From: Thermoplasmata archaeon
GTDB lineage: Archaea > Thermoplasmatota > E2 > JACPAO01 > JAHFTW01
Direction: 5' to 3'
NCBI GenBank assembly: GCA_023269235.1
Contig: JAHFTW010000003.1
Span: forward strand, 165,999-229,998
DNA length: 64,000 nt
In this document: piece by piece, positions 27,342-35,579 of the stretch
How the letters are laid out: every line of letters begins with the position of its first letter
Position numbering within the stretch: the first letter of the stretch is position 1
Notes under the pieces: model-generated
The model's database searches: none
What the model saw: the letters and a program-made list of their open reading frames with translations, nothing else
Told to the model about the DNA's origin: nothing
Program-made: the position numbers and the translations under genes

Positions 27342-28434
27342 GCGGAAGCCCAACGCGGCGCACGGGTGCGGCCGGTTGCGGCGCCCGTCGCGGCGGCACG
27401 GTCGCCGGCATCGCCATGGGCAGGATGGGCAGCTCGCCGAGCGTGAGCTGGCGCGTCGGCTCCGGCAACGGCGCCGTCACCCACTCGAAGGGCGGGTTGA
27501 AGAACGGCCGGCTCAGGACGAGGCCGAGCTTTCGGAAGGCGGTGTCCAGCTCGGCACGCCAGGCTGCCTGCCGGTCGTTGGAGGCGAAGAACTTCGTGAG
27601 GTCCTCCCACGGTCCGCCGCGCAGGCGTTCCCAGAGTGGCGCGAGGACGGTCTGCTTGCGGTCGAGCCCCTTCGAGTTGACCCACTGCGCTCCGGCGTCC
27701 AGGAAAGTGCGCGCCACCGCGTCGGCGTCGTGCGTCGTCGGCGGGCAGGCGGGCGTGTAGTTGGCGAACGTGCTGATGCCCGAGTCGGAGAGCTTGCGAA
27801 GGGCGCGTAGGCGGGCGGGGATCGCGGGCGCGGCGGGCTCGAGGACGCGGCGCACTTGGTCGTCGAGCGTCGGGACGCTCAGGCCCACGCGGATCTGGCT
27901 GAACTGCGTGAAGAGGTCCAAGTCCCGAAGCACGAGGGGGCTGCGGGTGAGGACCTCGACGGGCCAGTCGCGGCGGGCGAGGATCTCTAGGCACTTGCGC
28001 GTGATGCGGTGCTCGGCCTCCGCGGGCTGGTACGGGTCGGTCGCCGTGGAGAGGTAGGTCGTGTGCTTGAGGCCGGCCTTCTCCGCCTTCGCGACGGCGC
28101 GGGCAAGGCGCGTCGGCAGGTCGCGTTTCACCACGACGTAGCTGCCCCAGCGTTTGCGTTCCGCATGGATGGTGTCGGGGACGTAGCAGTAGGCGCAGGC
28201 GTGCAGGCAGCCCGCGTACGGGTTCAGCGACCACGCCTCCTTTGTGATGTGGCCGCCCATCGTGAAGTCGGTGAGGCCGCCGGCGCCGTCGGACTCGAGC
28301 ACCTTGCAGAGGCCGTACGAATCGCGCCCCAGGCCGTCAGCGCCCCTCTGGGCGTCGTCGAGGGACAGCTGGGACAGGTCGTGCGCCCGGCGGAGCATCG
28401 GGTGGACCGTGTCGTTGCGGTAGTCCATCGGCAT
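27322..28434 (-). CDS. Radical SAM enzyme, spore-photoproduct-lyase-like (COG1533 / SplB 'DNA repair photolyase' family)
   Basis: 'NPYAGCLHACAYCYVPD' is the atypical CxxxCxxC cluster of the SPL/COG1533 family; the 370 aa length fits. Confidence 0.75.
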   Translation of the reverse strand: MPMDYRNDTVHPMLRRAHDLSQLSLDDAQRGADGLGRDSYGLCKVLESDGAGGLTDFTMGGHITKEAWSLNPYAGCLHACAYCYVPDTIHAERKRWGSYVVVKRDLPTRLARAVAKAEKAGLKHTTYLSTATDPYQPAEAEHRITRKCLEILARRDWPVEVLTRSPLVLRDLDLFTQFSQIRVGLSVPTLDDQVRRVLEPAAPAIPARLRALRKLSDSGISTFANYTPACPPTTHDADAVARTFLDAGAQWVNSKGLDRKQTVLAPLWERLRGGPWEDLTKFFASNDRQAAWRAELDTAFRKLGLVLSRPFFNPPFEWVTAPLPEPTRQLTLGELPILPMAMPATVPPRRAPQPAAPVRRVGLPPIARGP

Positions 28435-28544
28435 ACCGTCGCATGGGGCCGCAGCAGGTTTTACGGCTTGGAGGGGGTCGGCGAAGATGCCGAATCCGTT
28501 ACCGGATCCGGCACCGCTTTCAACGATGGGGTGTGTGGGCCCGC

Positions 28545-29225
28545 GTGGCCGGCGTCATCGGTCTGCGGGGCCCCGACATCGAGAAACGCGATGCCCTTCG
28601 CGGGTACCAGGTCGTGTTCAAGGACGCGGACCGCCCCATCATCCGGCCTCACACGGGTCTGCCGGTTCTCTTCGTCGACGACGGCAAGGCGAAGGTCGAC
28701 CGTCACGTGTTCGGGTTCAGCCGCCGCTTCAGCAGCTTCAACGCCCGCGACGACAAACTGGAGGAAGGCAAACTCTGGATGGGCATGTTCGGCAAGGCGG
28801 GCCACCACGGCGTCGCTCCCGTGTCCTACATCCTGGAATGGTCGGAGTTCTCGGGTGAGAAACTGCCGTACCGCATCGAGCGCGCCGACGGCGCCGCCAT
28901 GTGCGTCCCCTCCCTCGTCGGCCGTTACTGGGAGGCCAAGGACACGCGTGCGGTGGCGCTCGTCACGATCACGCCCAACCCGTTCGTCGCCCGCTTCCAC
29001 GACCGCATGATCGGTCAGCTCGACGACCAGCACGTCGACGTCTGGCTCCACCCCGAAGACCACACTAAGGCCGAGCTTCGCGCCTGCCTCAAGGCGCCGT
29101 CGAACGATGACCTTGTCGCCATCCCGATCCAGGCCGACGTCGGCTCCGCCAAGTTCAGCGACACGTCCGCCCTCGAGGCCACCGGCAAGCCCCTCACGTG
29201 GAAGGACATCAAGGGGGCAAGTTGA
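28545..29225 (+). CDS. SRAP (SOS-response-associated peptidase, DUF159/YedK/HMCES) homolog, paralog 1, with Cys2 replaced by Ala
   Basis: 'FNARDDKLEEGKLW', 'ALVTITPNP' and 'FHDRMIGQL...VWLHPED' match the YedK 'INARVETA', 'LIVTAAA' and 'IHDRRPLVL' motifs. The start was taken at in-frame GTG 28545 by alignment with paralog 2 ('MAGVIGL' against 'MAGLIGL'). No Cys occurs near the N-terminus. Confidence 0.6.
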   Translation: MAGVIGLRGPDIEKRDALRGYQVVFKDADRPIIRPHTGLPVLFVDDGKAKVDRHVFGFSRRFSSFNARDDKLEEGKLWMGMFGKAGHHGVAPVSYILEWSEFSGEKLPYRIERADGAAMCVPSLVGRYWEAKDTRAVALVTITPNPFVARFHDRMIGQLDDQHVDVWLHPEDHTKAELRACLKAPSNDDLVAIPIQADVGSAKFSDTSALEATGKPLTWKDIKGAS

Positions 29226-29884
29226 TGGCCGGCTTGATCGGGCTCAAGAGCTCCGACATCGAGATCCAGGACGCGCTCCAGGTGACCAAGTTCGACTACG
29301 AAGGCAACTGGATTCCGCACCCCGTCGTCCGCCTCACCACGACGCTCCCCGTCGCCATCAACCGGGATGGCGAGCGCGTCGCGGTCCGCGCCCGCTGGGG
29401 CTTCCCCATCGGCGGAGGCCGCCCCGTCGGCAACTCGCGCGACGACAAGCTCGAAGTGAGCCCGATGTGGAAGAGCATGCTCGCGAAGAGCCCCTGCCTG
29501 GTCGCGGCGACTGGGGTCTATGAGCAGGCCGTCGTGGATGGCGAGAAACGGAATCTCTGGTTCCGCCGGCGCGATGGCAAGCCCATCGTCATGCCCGGCT
29601 TCGCGGCCCCGCGCACCTTCGACGGCGAGGCGCGGCTTTGCTGCAGCATCATCACGACGGAGCCGAACAAGTACTTCGGACGCTTTCACCCCCGGCAGGT
29701 CTGCGTCGTCAACCGCAAGGAGGCCGATGCCTGGATGGGCGCCACCACGCCGAAGGAGGCATTGGCCGTCCTGCACGCCCCGGCGGAGACGGAATGGGAA
29801 GCGGTCCCCGTCGATGGACGCATCTTCAAACCAGGACGCGTCGAGATGGAGCACCTCGTCCAGCTCGGACCCCCGATTCCGTAG
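29225..29884 (+). CDS. SRAP (DUF159/YedK) homolog, paralog 2, N-terminus 'MAGL' instead of 'MCGR'
   Basis: 'MAGLIGLKSSDIEIQDA...NSRDDKLEVSPMWKSM...FHPRQVCVV'. The ATG overlaps the paralog 1 stop (TGATG). The 3' end overlaps the convergent polB-like gene by about 59 nt. Confidence 0.65.
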   Translation: MAGLIGLKSSDIEIQDALQVTKFDYEGNWIPHPVVRLTTTLPVAINRDGERVAVRARWGFPIGGGRPVGNSRDDKLEVSPMWKSMLAKSPCLVAATGVYEQAVVDGEKRNLWFRRRDGKPIVMPGFAAPRTFDGEARLCCSIITTEPNKYFGRFHPRQVCVVNRKEADAWMGATTPKEALAVLHAPAETEWEAVPVDGRIFKPGRVEMEHLVQLGPPIP

Positions 29885-32198
29885 CCTGTTCGGGCCGTCT
29901 CGTGCGACCCATGAGCCACGCGACCAGGCCCTCCTCGGTGTATCCAAGAGGCGAGAACAGCGTCTCCGTCATGCGCGCGACGAGGCGGATGTAGGCGTCC
30001 ACGTCGTAGGTCTCCTGGGGCGACCCGAACCACGGCGAGCCTTGGCCCAGAAGCTCGACGGGGGTGACGCGGCCACGCCACGGGCCTTCGGTGCGGGTGA
30101 TGACGTACTTCACGTACTCCCCGGGGCGCCGCTCGGTGCCCGCGTTGCGCAGCGCCCACAGCGCGGCCTTGGTGCCCGTGTTGGAGGTGTACTCCTCGAC
30201 GGCCATGCGTGCTTGCACCATGAGGCCCAGGTCCTCGGCGCGCACTTCGCGGCGGCGCAGACGGTCGACGGCGCGCTTGGCGACCCGTAGCGCCAGCGGC
30301 ACCCGGGTTCGGAAGCCGGCCGCATCGTCGGCCTCCTGCAGGATGTCGAGCATGCCCTGCTGCACGTCGTAGAGGAACGGCGGCGTGTTGTGGCGCTGCA
30401 CCTCGATGCCGCGCACCTTGAGCTTGCCGTCCTCGAACTTGCCATAGTACCGGTTTGGGACGCCCACCTCGCTCTCCGTCGAGTGCGTCTTGGAGGGCAA
30501 GAGGACGAGCCACTTGTAGACGCCCTCGACGTCCATCGGGACGCCGACCTCCTTGGTGATTTTGCGGGCAATGGCGGCTGCGTCGTCGCGCGTCACGCCG
30601 GGTTTGTGCAGGAAGGCGCAATCGGTGAGCGCGTGGACCATCGTGTACCCCTCGGCCTGGGCGACTTCGCGGGCACGCGTCATGCCGGCGCGGCCATAGC
30701 ATTGGATGCTCTGGTGGACCTCGGCGCACCCGAAGCGCGCGTTGCGGTAACGGAAGTATCCGAAGCAGACGACGCCGAGCGCCTTGTGCTCCGACTTGAT
30801 GGCCTTGGCCTTCGCGCGCCGGTCCGCGTCGAGGTCGGCGCGCTTGAGGACGGCCTTCGCCCAGCGTCGGTGCGACCAGAGACGACGCAGGATCTCTGCC
30901 TGGTGGCCGTAGTGTTTCGTGCAGGTGTGGTAGCCGAGCTCGGGGATGACGGGCCCGTCGGGGCAGCAGCTGCAATTCATGGAGTCGCTGCTAAGGTTGT
31001 GCGCCACGACAAGGCTCGGGTAGTAGCCGGAGAAATCGCAGGCGGCCACGTCGTCGTAGAGGCCGGGCTCGGGGACCATGATCTGGCCGCCGCGGTCCAC
31101 GGCGCACAAGGTGGCGGCGGTCTTCCAGTCCTCCGTGAGGTTGCGCTTCCACGGCAGGGCCACGCCCCAGTCCGTGGCGAGGTCGACCTGCATCTGTTGC
31201 AGTGCGAAGCCCGCGCCGTTGCGGTTCACGTCCTGGGCGCGCCGGTTGGCGACGCGGGCAAGGTAGAGGATGCCGTGGAGGTCCTTGCGGTCGTCCTCGG
31301 AGTCGAGCGTCTTCTTCGCGAGGTCGATGTGCCAACGGCCGCGCAGATAGTAGGCGTGCGTCTTGTAGAGCCAGCGCCCGTAGGTGTGGATGCTCTTGCC
31401 CGCCTGGTCCGGCCGGTCCGGGGCCGGGTCGGGGGCGCGCCCGAGCCAGACTCCCTCGCGCAGTCCGAGCGCCTGGATGCGCGTCAGCAGGAACGGGATG
31501 TCGAAGCGATCGCCGTGCCGCGTGACCAGGACATCGGGGTCGTTCTGGCGGAGGAACCGGTCCAAGCCCAGGAGGGTGGCGCGTTCGGCGTCGGGGTCGC
31601 CGGGTTTAGGGCAGACGAGTTCTTGGTCGCCGAGCGTGATGGATTCCAAGGGGTCCGTGAAGGCGGGCGCGTGGCCGACTTGCCGGGCATGGACTTCCAG
31701 GCGCACGACGCGAAGGTCGGGGTCGGGATAATCGACGGTCCAGCGATCGTCCTCGGGATGCGGCTTCAGCTCCGGCCCGTCGGGGCCGACCACAAGGCGG
31801 CACATGCTCCACAAGCCCTGTTCGTGCATCCAACGGCACTCTTGGCTATGATCCACGTCGAAGAAGAGGAAGCCCTTCGTGTGCGTGCGGCGTCGCAGGT
31901 CGGTGGCGATGCTCCAGGTGTCCTGGAAGCGCTTGGGCTTGACCCGCAGAACCTCCTGGGCCGGGCCGCGCAACCAGAGGCTCGCCGTGTCGCGCCACAC
32001 CGCCTCGACGCGCTTGTCCTCCGCGAGGAGCCGTTGGGCGGCCTCCAGCGGCTCTTGGTCGCTGGCGACGCAGAAGCTAGGCTGGTACGGGACGTAGCGC
32101 TTCGTGGTCTGCAAGCCGTGTTTGACCCAGACGACCAAGCAGGAGCGGGTCGGGTGGGTGGACACGTCGAGCAACCAGGCCTGCGTTGGCGAGGGCAT
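29826..32198 (-). CDS. Family B DNA polymerase paralog with degenerate polymerase motifs (likely inactivated or divergent PolB)
   Basis: It aligns along its length with archaeal PolB (reference residues recalled from memory of Pfu Pol). The N-terminal domain ('AWLLDVSTH..CLVVWVK..YQPSFCVA') and motif A ('DFSGYYPSLVVAHNLSSDS') are clear. Motif B reads 'HKALGVVCFGY' where KxxxNSxYG is expected (the NS positions are VV). Motif C reads 'VHALTDCAF' where YGDTDS/YADTDG is expected (first Asp is Leu). The KKRY position reads 'SKTHS'. The Exo I position reads 'FFDVDHSQE' for 'FDIET'. The start was taken at ATG 32198 ('MPSPTQAWLLDV'); the upstream S/T/P-rich extension was rejected. Confidence 0.7.
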   Translation of the reverse strand: MPSPTQAWLLDVSTHPTRSCLVVWVKHGLQTTKRYVPYQPSFCVASDQEPLEAAQRLLAEDKRVEAVWRDTASLWLRGPAQEVLRVKPKRFQDTWSIATDLRRRTHTKGFLFFDVDHSQECRWMHEQGLWSMCRLVVGPDGPELKPHPEDDRWTVDYPDPDLRVVRLEVHARQVGHAPAFTDPLESITLGDQELVCPKPGDPDAERATLLGLDRFLRQNDPDVLVTRHGDRFDIPFLLTRIQALGLREGVWLGRAPDPAPDRPDQAGKSIHTYGRWLYKTHAYYLRGRWHIDLAKKTLDSEDDRKDLHGILYLARVANRRAQDVNRNGAGFALQQMQVDLATDWGVALPWKRNLTEDWKTAATLCAVDRGGQIMVPEPGLYDDVAACDFSGYYPSLVVAHNLSSDSMNCSCCPDGPVIPELGYHTCTKHYGHQAEILRRLWSHRRWAKAVLKRADLDADRRAKAKAIKSEHKALGVVCFGYFRYRNARFGCAEVHQSIQCYGRAGMTRAREVAQAEGYTMVHALTDCAFLHKPGVTRDDAAAIARKITKEVGVPMDVEGVYKWLVLLPSKTHSTESEVGVPNRYYGKFEDGKLKVRGIEVQRHNTPPFLYDVQQGMLDILQEADDAAGFRTRVPLALRVAKRAVDRLRRREVRAEDLGLMVQARMAVEEYTSNTGTKAALWALRNAGTERRPGEYVKYVITRTEGPWRGRVTPVELLGQGSPWFGSPQETYDVDAYIRLVARMTETLFSPLGYTEEGLVAWLMGRTRRPEQATESGVRAGRGAPSRRVLV

Positions 32199-32469
32199 CG
32201 AGGGCCTCCTGGAGGTCTTTCTTGAGCAGGTCCAGCTCCCGGCCTTGGTCGTCCATGAGGCGCATGCCTTCGAGGAGCATGGCGAGCATGACGGGCCGTT
32301 CGAAGTCCATGTGGGGGCGGCGGTTGATGGCGTTGGAGTGGCGGCGGGCGCGGCAGACGAGCTCGTCGAACCACGCCTGCTCCCGGGGTTGGAGTTCGCT
32401 GCGGAACTGCGCGTAGCGTTGCGTGAACGTGTCAAGGGCAATGGTGGTGGTGGGAGTGCTTTGGCCCAT
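32077..32469 (-). CDS. Hypothetical small protein (130 aa) immediately upstream of the polB-like gene
   Basis: Protein-like composition ('FDELVCRARRHSN...ELDLLKKDLQEALDALANAGL'), while the antisense frame is G/A/V-rich junk. The 3' end overlaps the proposed polB-like start by 122 nt, so either its end or the polB start is uncertain. Confidence 0.4.
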   Translation of the reverse strand: MGQSTPTTTIALDTFTQRYAQFRSELQPREQAWFDELVCRARRHSNAINRRPHMDFERPVMLAMLLEGMRLMDDQGRELDLLKKDLQEALDALANAGLVARRVHPPDPLLLGRLGQTRLADHEALRPVPA

Positions 32470-32490
32470 GGGGCACCTTAGGAGAAAGGC

Positions 32491-33195
32491 CTAGGCGGCG
32501 AGGGGTTTTGGGAGTCTGCGTGGGGGCAGTGAAACCACGAGCTCCGGCTCCTCCGGGACGAAGTCGAGCAGGGTCACGCGGCGGCGCAGGCTGGGGTCGA
32601 GGATGACGCCGGCGTCACTCGTCGCCCTCCACCGGTCCGCGACCGGCTGCGCGACCCAGCGGGCGTCCACGCCGTCGTGCGTCGCCTGCGCGAGAGCGGG
32701 GTGGCTCTTCCACCACCGTGGCATGTCCACGCCGAGCAGGATGGGAACGTGGAAGCGGCGTGCCGTCTTGGCGAGGTGGGCGAGGCTGAAGCGCGTGTAG
32801 TCCTCCTGCTCCCAGTCCTGGATCTCCTCGTGGCTCCACAACCGGTCGAAAGGATTGACGACGACGAGACCCGTTTCGCCCTCGCCCAGCTTGAGGTCCA
32901 GGTGGCGCGTGAGGACGGTGTCCCATTGGAACGGCGTCATGCAACGCTTGACGAGGAGCCGGTCGGCGCCATCGTCGGCGGCGTGGCCCCGCGTCATTTG
33001 CAACTCGGCCTGGTCGTAGGGGTTGAAGCTGTGGTCGCCGTCGCACCACAGGACATTTCCGGGCCGTTCACGCAGCGCGGTGTACGCGATCTCTTGGAAG
33101 AACTGCGCGAGGTGGCGGCCCTTCGCGCTCACCAGGGTGAGGCGGTCGGGCTCCAGGAACGTCGACCACACAACGTCCCGTGGTCGGCGGAGCAT
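32491..33195 (-). CDS. Hypothetical protein (234 aa), first gene of the polB-like cluster
   Basis: 'MLRRPRDVVWSTFLEPDRLTLVSAKGRHL...LWCDGDHSFNPYDQ...LVVVNPFDRLWSHEE...' has ordinary composition, strong GC3 bias and no recognisable motif. Its ATG at 33195 lies 21 nt upstream of the next ORF. Confidence 0.55.
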   Translation of the reverse strand: MLRRPRDVVWSTFLEPDRLTLVSAKGRHLAQFFQEIAYTALRERPGNVLWCDGDHSFNPYDQAELQMTRGHAADDGADRLLVKRCMTPFQWDTVLTRHLDLKLGEGETGLVVVNPFDRLWSHEEIQDWEQEDYTRFSLAHLAKTARRFHVPILLGVDMPRWWKSHPALAQATHDGVDARWVAQPVADRWRATSDAGVILDPSLRRRVTLLDFVPEEPELVVSLPPRRLPKPLAA

Positions 33196-33283
33196 GGAAA
33201 CCCTGGCTTGGGGTGAGTGAAGATGCCGAAACTGGTAGCAGACAGGCGACCTCGCGGCGACCCCGCACCCCTTAAATCCCAGC

Positions 33284-33769
33284 ATGGGAAGCAGGCCTTT
33301 GGCGATGACGGAAAGTGCCCTGCGACCCATGGGGGAGAGGGCGGCGCTCTCCTTCCACGAGGCCATCCGGCGCATCGTCGCTCCCGGCGCCCCGGCCGGC
33401 CTCCACCCCGACCTGGAGCTCGCCCTCGCCATCCCACTCAACGCGGTGTGCGAGCGCCTCAAGGGACAGCCCGGGCTGACCCGGGACCGCCTCGTCGAGG
33501 AGGCCCGCCAGCCGTACGTCGAGCAGCTGCTCGCCGCGACCGGGGCAGCACCCGCCGGCCTCCTCCTGGCCGCCGACAGCCTCGCCGTCGGCTTCGGCGC
33601 CGGCCGCGTCGTGCGCGACCTCGCGCGCCCCGGCCGCCTAGTCCTCCTCCCGGCGGCCCCGTCCCCTCCGGGTGCCTTCGTCCGTCTCCTGAACGCCATC
33701 CTTGACGGCCTGCCCGACCTGCCTGACATGCCGGCGAAGGCCGCCCGCGACGACCCCAGTTACGCTTAA
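33284..33769 (+). CDS. Hypothetical protein (161 aa), divergent from the polB-like cluster
   Basis: Strong GC3 codon bias; 'MGSRPLAMTESALRPMGERAALSFHEAIRRIV...'; no motif. Overlapping minus-strand ORFs look like junk. Confidence 0.45.
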   Translation: MGSRPLAMTESALRPMGERAALSFHEAIRRIVAPGAPAGLHPDLELALAIPLNAVCERLKGQPGLTRDRLVEEARQPYVEQLLAATGAAPAGLLLAADSLAVGFGAGRVVRDLARPGRLVLLPAAPSPPGAFVRLLNAILDGLPDLPDMPAKAARDDPSYA

Positions 33770-33793
33770 TCCCAAGACCCGATGTGAACCCCT

Positions 33794-34327
33794 ATGAGCA
33801 CCCGCTTGATCCTGACCGCCACCCTCGTCCTTGCCTTCGCGGTCATGCCCTCCGCGTCCGCCTTGCCGGGGGACCTGAGCCCGGTTGAGAACCTCGCCGT
33901 CGTCACCAAGGCGAAGGGCAACGTCTTGAGCTGGAGCTACCCCGCCGACGTCAAGGCCAGGGACGTCGCGAGCATCGAGATCTGGCGCTTCGACGGCCTG
34001 AGCACCGGCACCTTCGTCGCGCAGGCGCACGGCAAGCACACCACCTACACGGACACCGCCTCCACGAACCCCGACGCGCTCTACACAATGCGCTACGTCA
34101 CGAAGGACGGCGACCAGAGCAGCTTCAGCGACGCCCGCAGTGCCCACTACCCGTACTGTGACGTCTTCGTCGTCGGTCTCCGGGCACCGTACATCGTCGG
34201 CCCCTACGATGACTGCCTCGTCCCGCTCCCGGTGCCCATCGTCGGCCCAATCCTGGACCCGACCGCCCAGCCAACGATTTACTCCGTCCAGAAGATCATC
34301 GCGAGCATCGTGAACAGCAACGAGTAG
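33794..34327 (+). CDS. Secreted protein with fibronectin-III/Ig-like fold
   Basis: A signal peptide ('MSTRLILTATLVLAFAVMPSASA|LPG') is followed by the 'LSWSYPAD...IEIWRFDG...YTMRYVTKDGDQS' beta-sandwich pattern. Confidence 0.65.
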   Translation: MSTRLILTATLVLAFAVMPSASALPGDLSPVENLAVVTKAKGNVLSWSYPADVKARDVASIEIWRFDGLSTGTFVAQAHGKHTTYTDTASTNPDALYTMRYVTKDGDQSSFSDARSAHYPYCDVFVVGLRAPYIVGPYDDCLVPLPVPIVGPILDPTAQPTIYSVQKIIASIVNSNE

Positions 34328-34331
34328 ACGC

Positions 34332-35465
34332 ATGGGTCGCACGCCTAGCCTCATCTTCCTGGCCCTCCTCGGCTCCGTCCTCCTGGCGGGCGCGGGGGCG
34401 CAAGCCGCGCCGACCCTCACCGCTGACCGCCTCGACCTGCGTGGTTCGTTCACGGTCGCCGGCCCGGCCGCCTACTTCCTCGATGACCCCAAGATGGACG
34501 CCTCCAAGCTCAACTTCCAGATGACGGCGGCCCGCATGGACGTCGAGGTGGACACCGCCGCCGCCAGCGCAAGCCTGCTGCACATCGTCGCGACCCCGGG
34601 GGATCAGACCACCGCGTCGTGGAGCCGCTCCAACGTGGAGCTCACAAGTCGGGGCAATGACGCCTACAGCGAGTTCGCGGTTCTGGCCAACGACGGCGCC
34701 CGCGTAGAGGGAGAGGCCTCATGCCTGGGCGTCGTCGCCGGGTCCACGGTCCGCGCCATCCACGAACGGGCCAACATGGGGCGCCCCGACGTCGTCCTGC
34801 CAAACACCCCGCTCCTTTCGCTGGGCGGCTGCGCGCAGACGCTGACCCTCCACGGCGACTTCCGCTTCGTGTTCTGGGGCTGGAAGCTGCACAGCCAGGA
34901 CGCCTCAGGCCAGGCCGATGACATCACGACCGGCGTCGAGACCACCGCCGGCTCCGAGGACACCATTGCCCTGCAGACCAAGCAGCAGGCCTACATCACC
35001 GCGCACGACGCCACTCTCACCCTCCGCCTCCCTGCCTCGCCGCGCTGGTCCCTTGCCTCGGCAAGTCTAGACCTGTTGGGCGACGGTTTGCTTGCTCTCC
35101 GCGACGCGAAAGGCGACATCACCCTCGACGGCCAGAGTAGCCCCCTCCCGGCCGGGGACACCACGATGACCCTCACCCAGGGCGCGCTCCTGCTCGCCCC
35201 GCACGATGGCCGCGTGGGCGGCGCGGTTCGCGGCACGTCCATGGCGCAGTCGCAGGCCGTCTCGTCCCTCACGGACCTGATGGGCACGGGGGTCGGCGCC
35301 GTGGGCTTGGTGCTCTGCGCGGCCGTCGTCGTCTACCTCGTCCGCGTGGTCAGGTCCCTTCGCAACTCCGAGGAGCCGGCCCTTGCGTCCGGCCCTTTTG
35401 AGGCCGCGAAGGCAGAGTTCGCCTCCCTGTTCGACGCCCTCCCGGACGCCAAGGGCCGCGCCTAA
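34332..35465 (+). CDS. Secreted, C-terminally membrane-anchored surface protein
   Basis: A signal peptide ('MGRTPSLIFLALLGSVLLAGAGAQA|AP') and a C-terminal TM ('VGAVGLVLCAAVVVYLVRVVRSLRNSEE'). It starts 4 nt after the previous gene. Confidence 0.65.
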   Translation: MGRTPSLIFLALLGSVLLAGAGAQAAPTLTADRLDLRGSFTVAGPAAYFLDDPKMDASKLNFQMTAARMDVEVDTAAASASLLHIVATPGDQTTASWSRSNVELTSRGNDAYSEFAVLANDGARVEGEASCLGVVAGSTVRAIHERANMGRPDVVLPNTPLLSLGGCAQTLTLHGDFRFVFWGWKLHSQDASGQADDITTGVETTAGSEDTIALQTKQQAYITAHDATLTLRLPASPRWSLASASLDLLGDGLLALRDAKGDITLDGQSSPLPAGDTTMTLTQGALLLAPHDGRVGGAVRGTSMAQSQAVSSLTDLMGTGVGAVGLVLCAAVVVYLVRVVRSLRNSEEPALASGPFEAAKAEFASLFDALPDAKGRA

Positions 35466-35479
35466 GGCCATCCCGGCCC

Positions 35480-35495
35480 GGGCGCTTTTATACAA
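35480..35495 (+). promoter_or_regulatory. TATA box/BRE for rps15 ('GGCGCTTTTATACAAC')
   Basis: A canonical archaeal 'TTTTATA' lies about 90 nt upstream of the S15 ATG, with a GGAGG SD-like 'AAGAGGAAC' 8 nt before the ATG. Confidence 0.5.
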
Positions 35496-35579
35496 CCTCC
35501 TTGTCCGAAGGCTTGGCCACGTCTCCTGCCGCTCGTCACGGACGGCACCGGGCGCGACCAGATTCCAAGAGGAACTACA

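Noticed and set aside
29826-33195. PolB-like gene as part of a casposon or pipolin-type self-synthesising mobile element.
   Set aside because: There is no Cas1, integrase or terminal-protein gene and no obvious terminal inverted repeats nearby. The polymerase motifs are degenerate rather than those of protein-primed PolBs.
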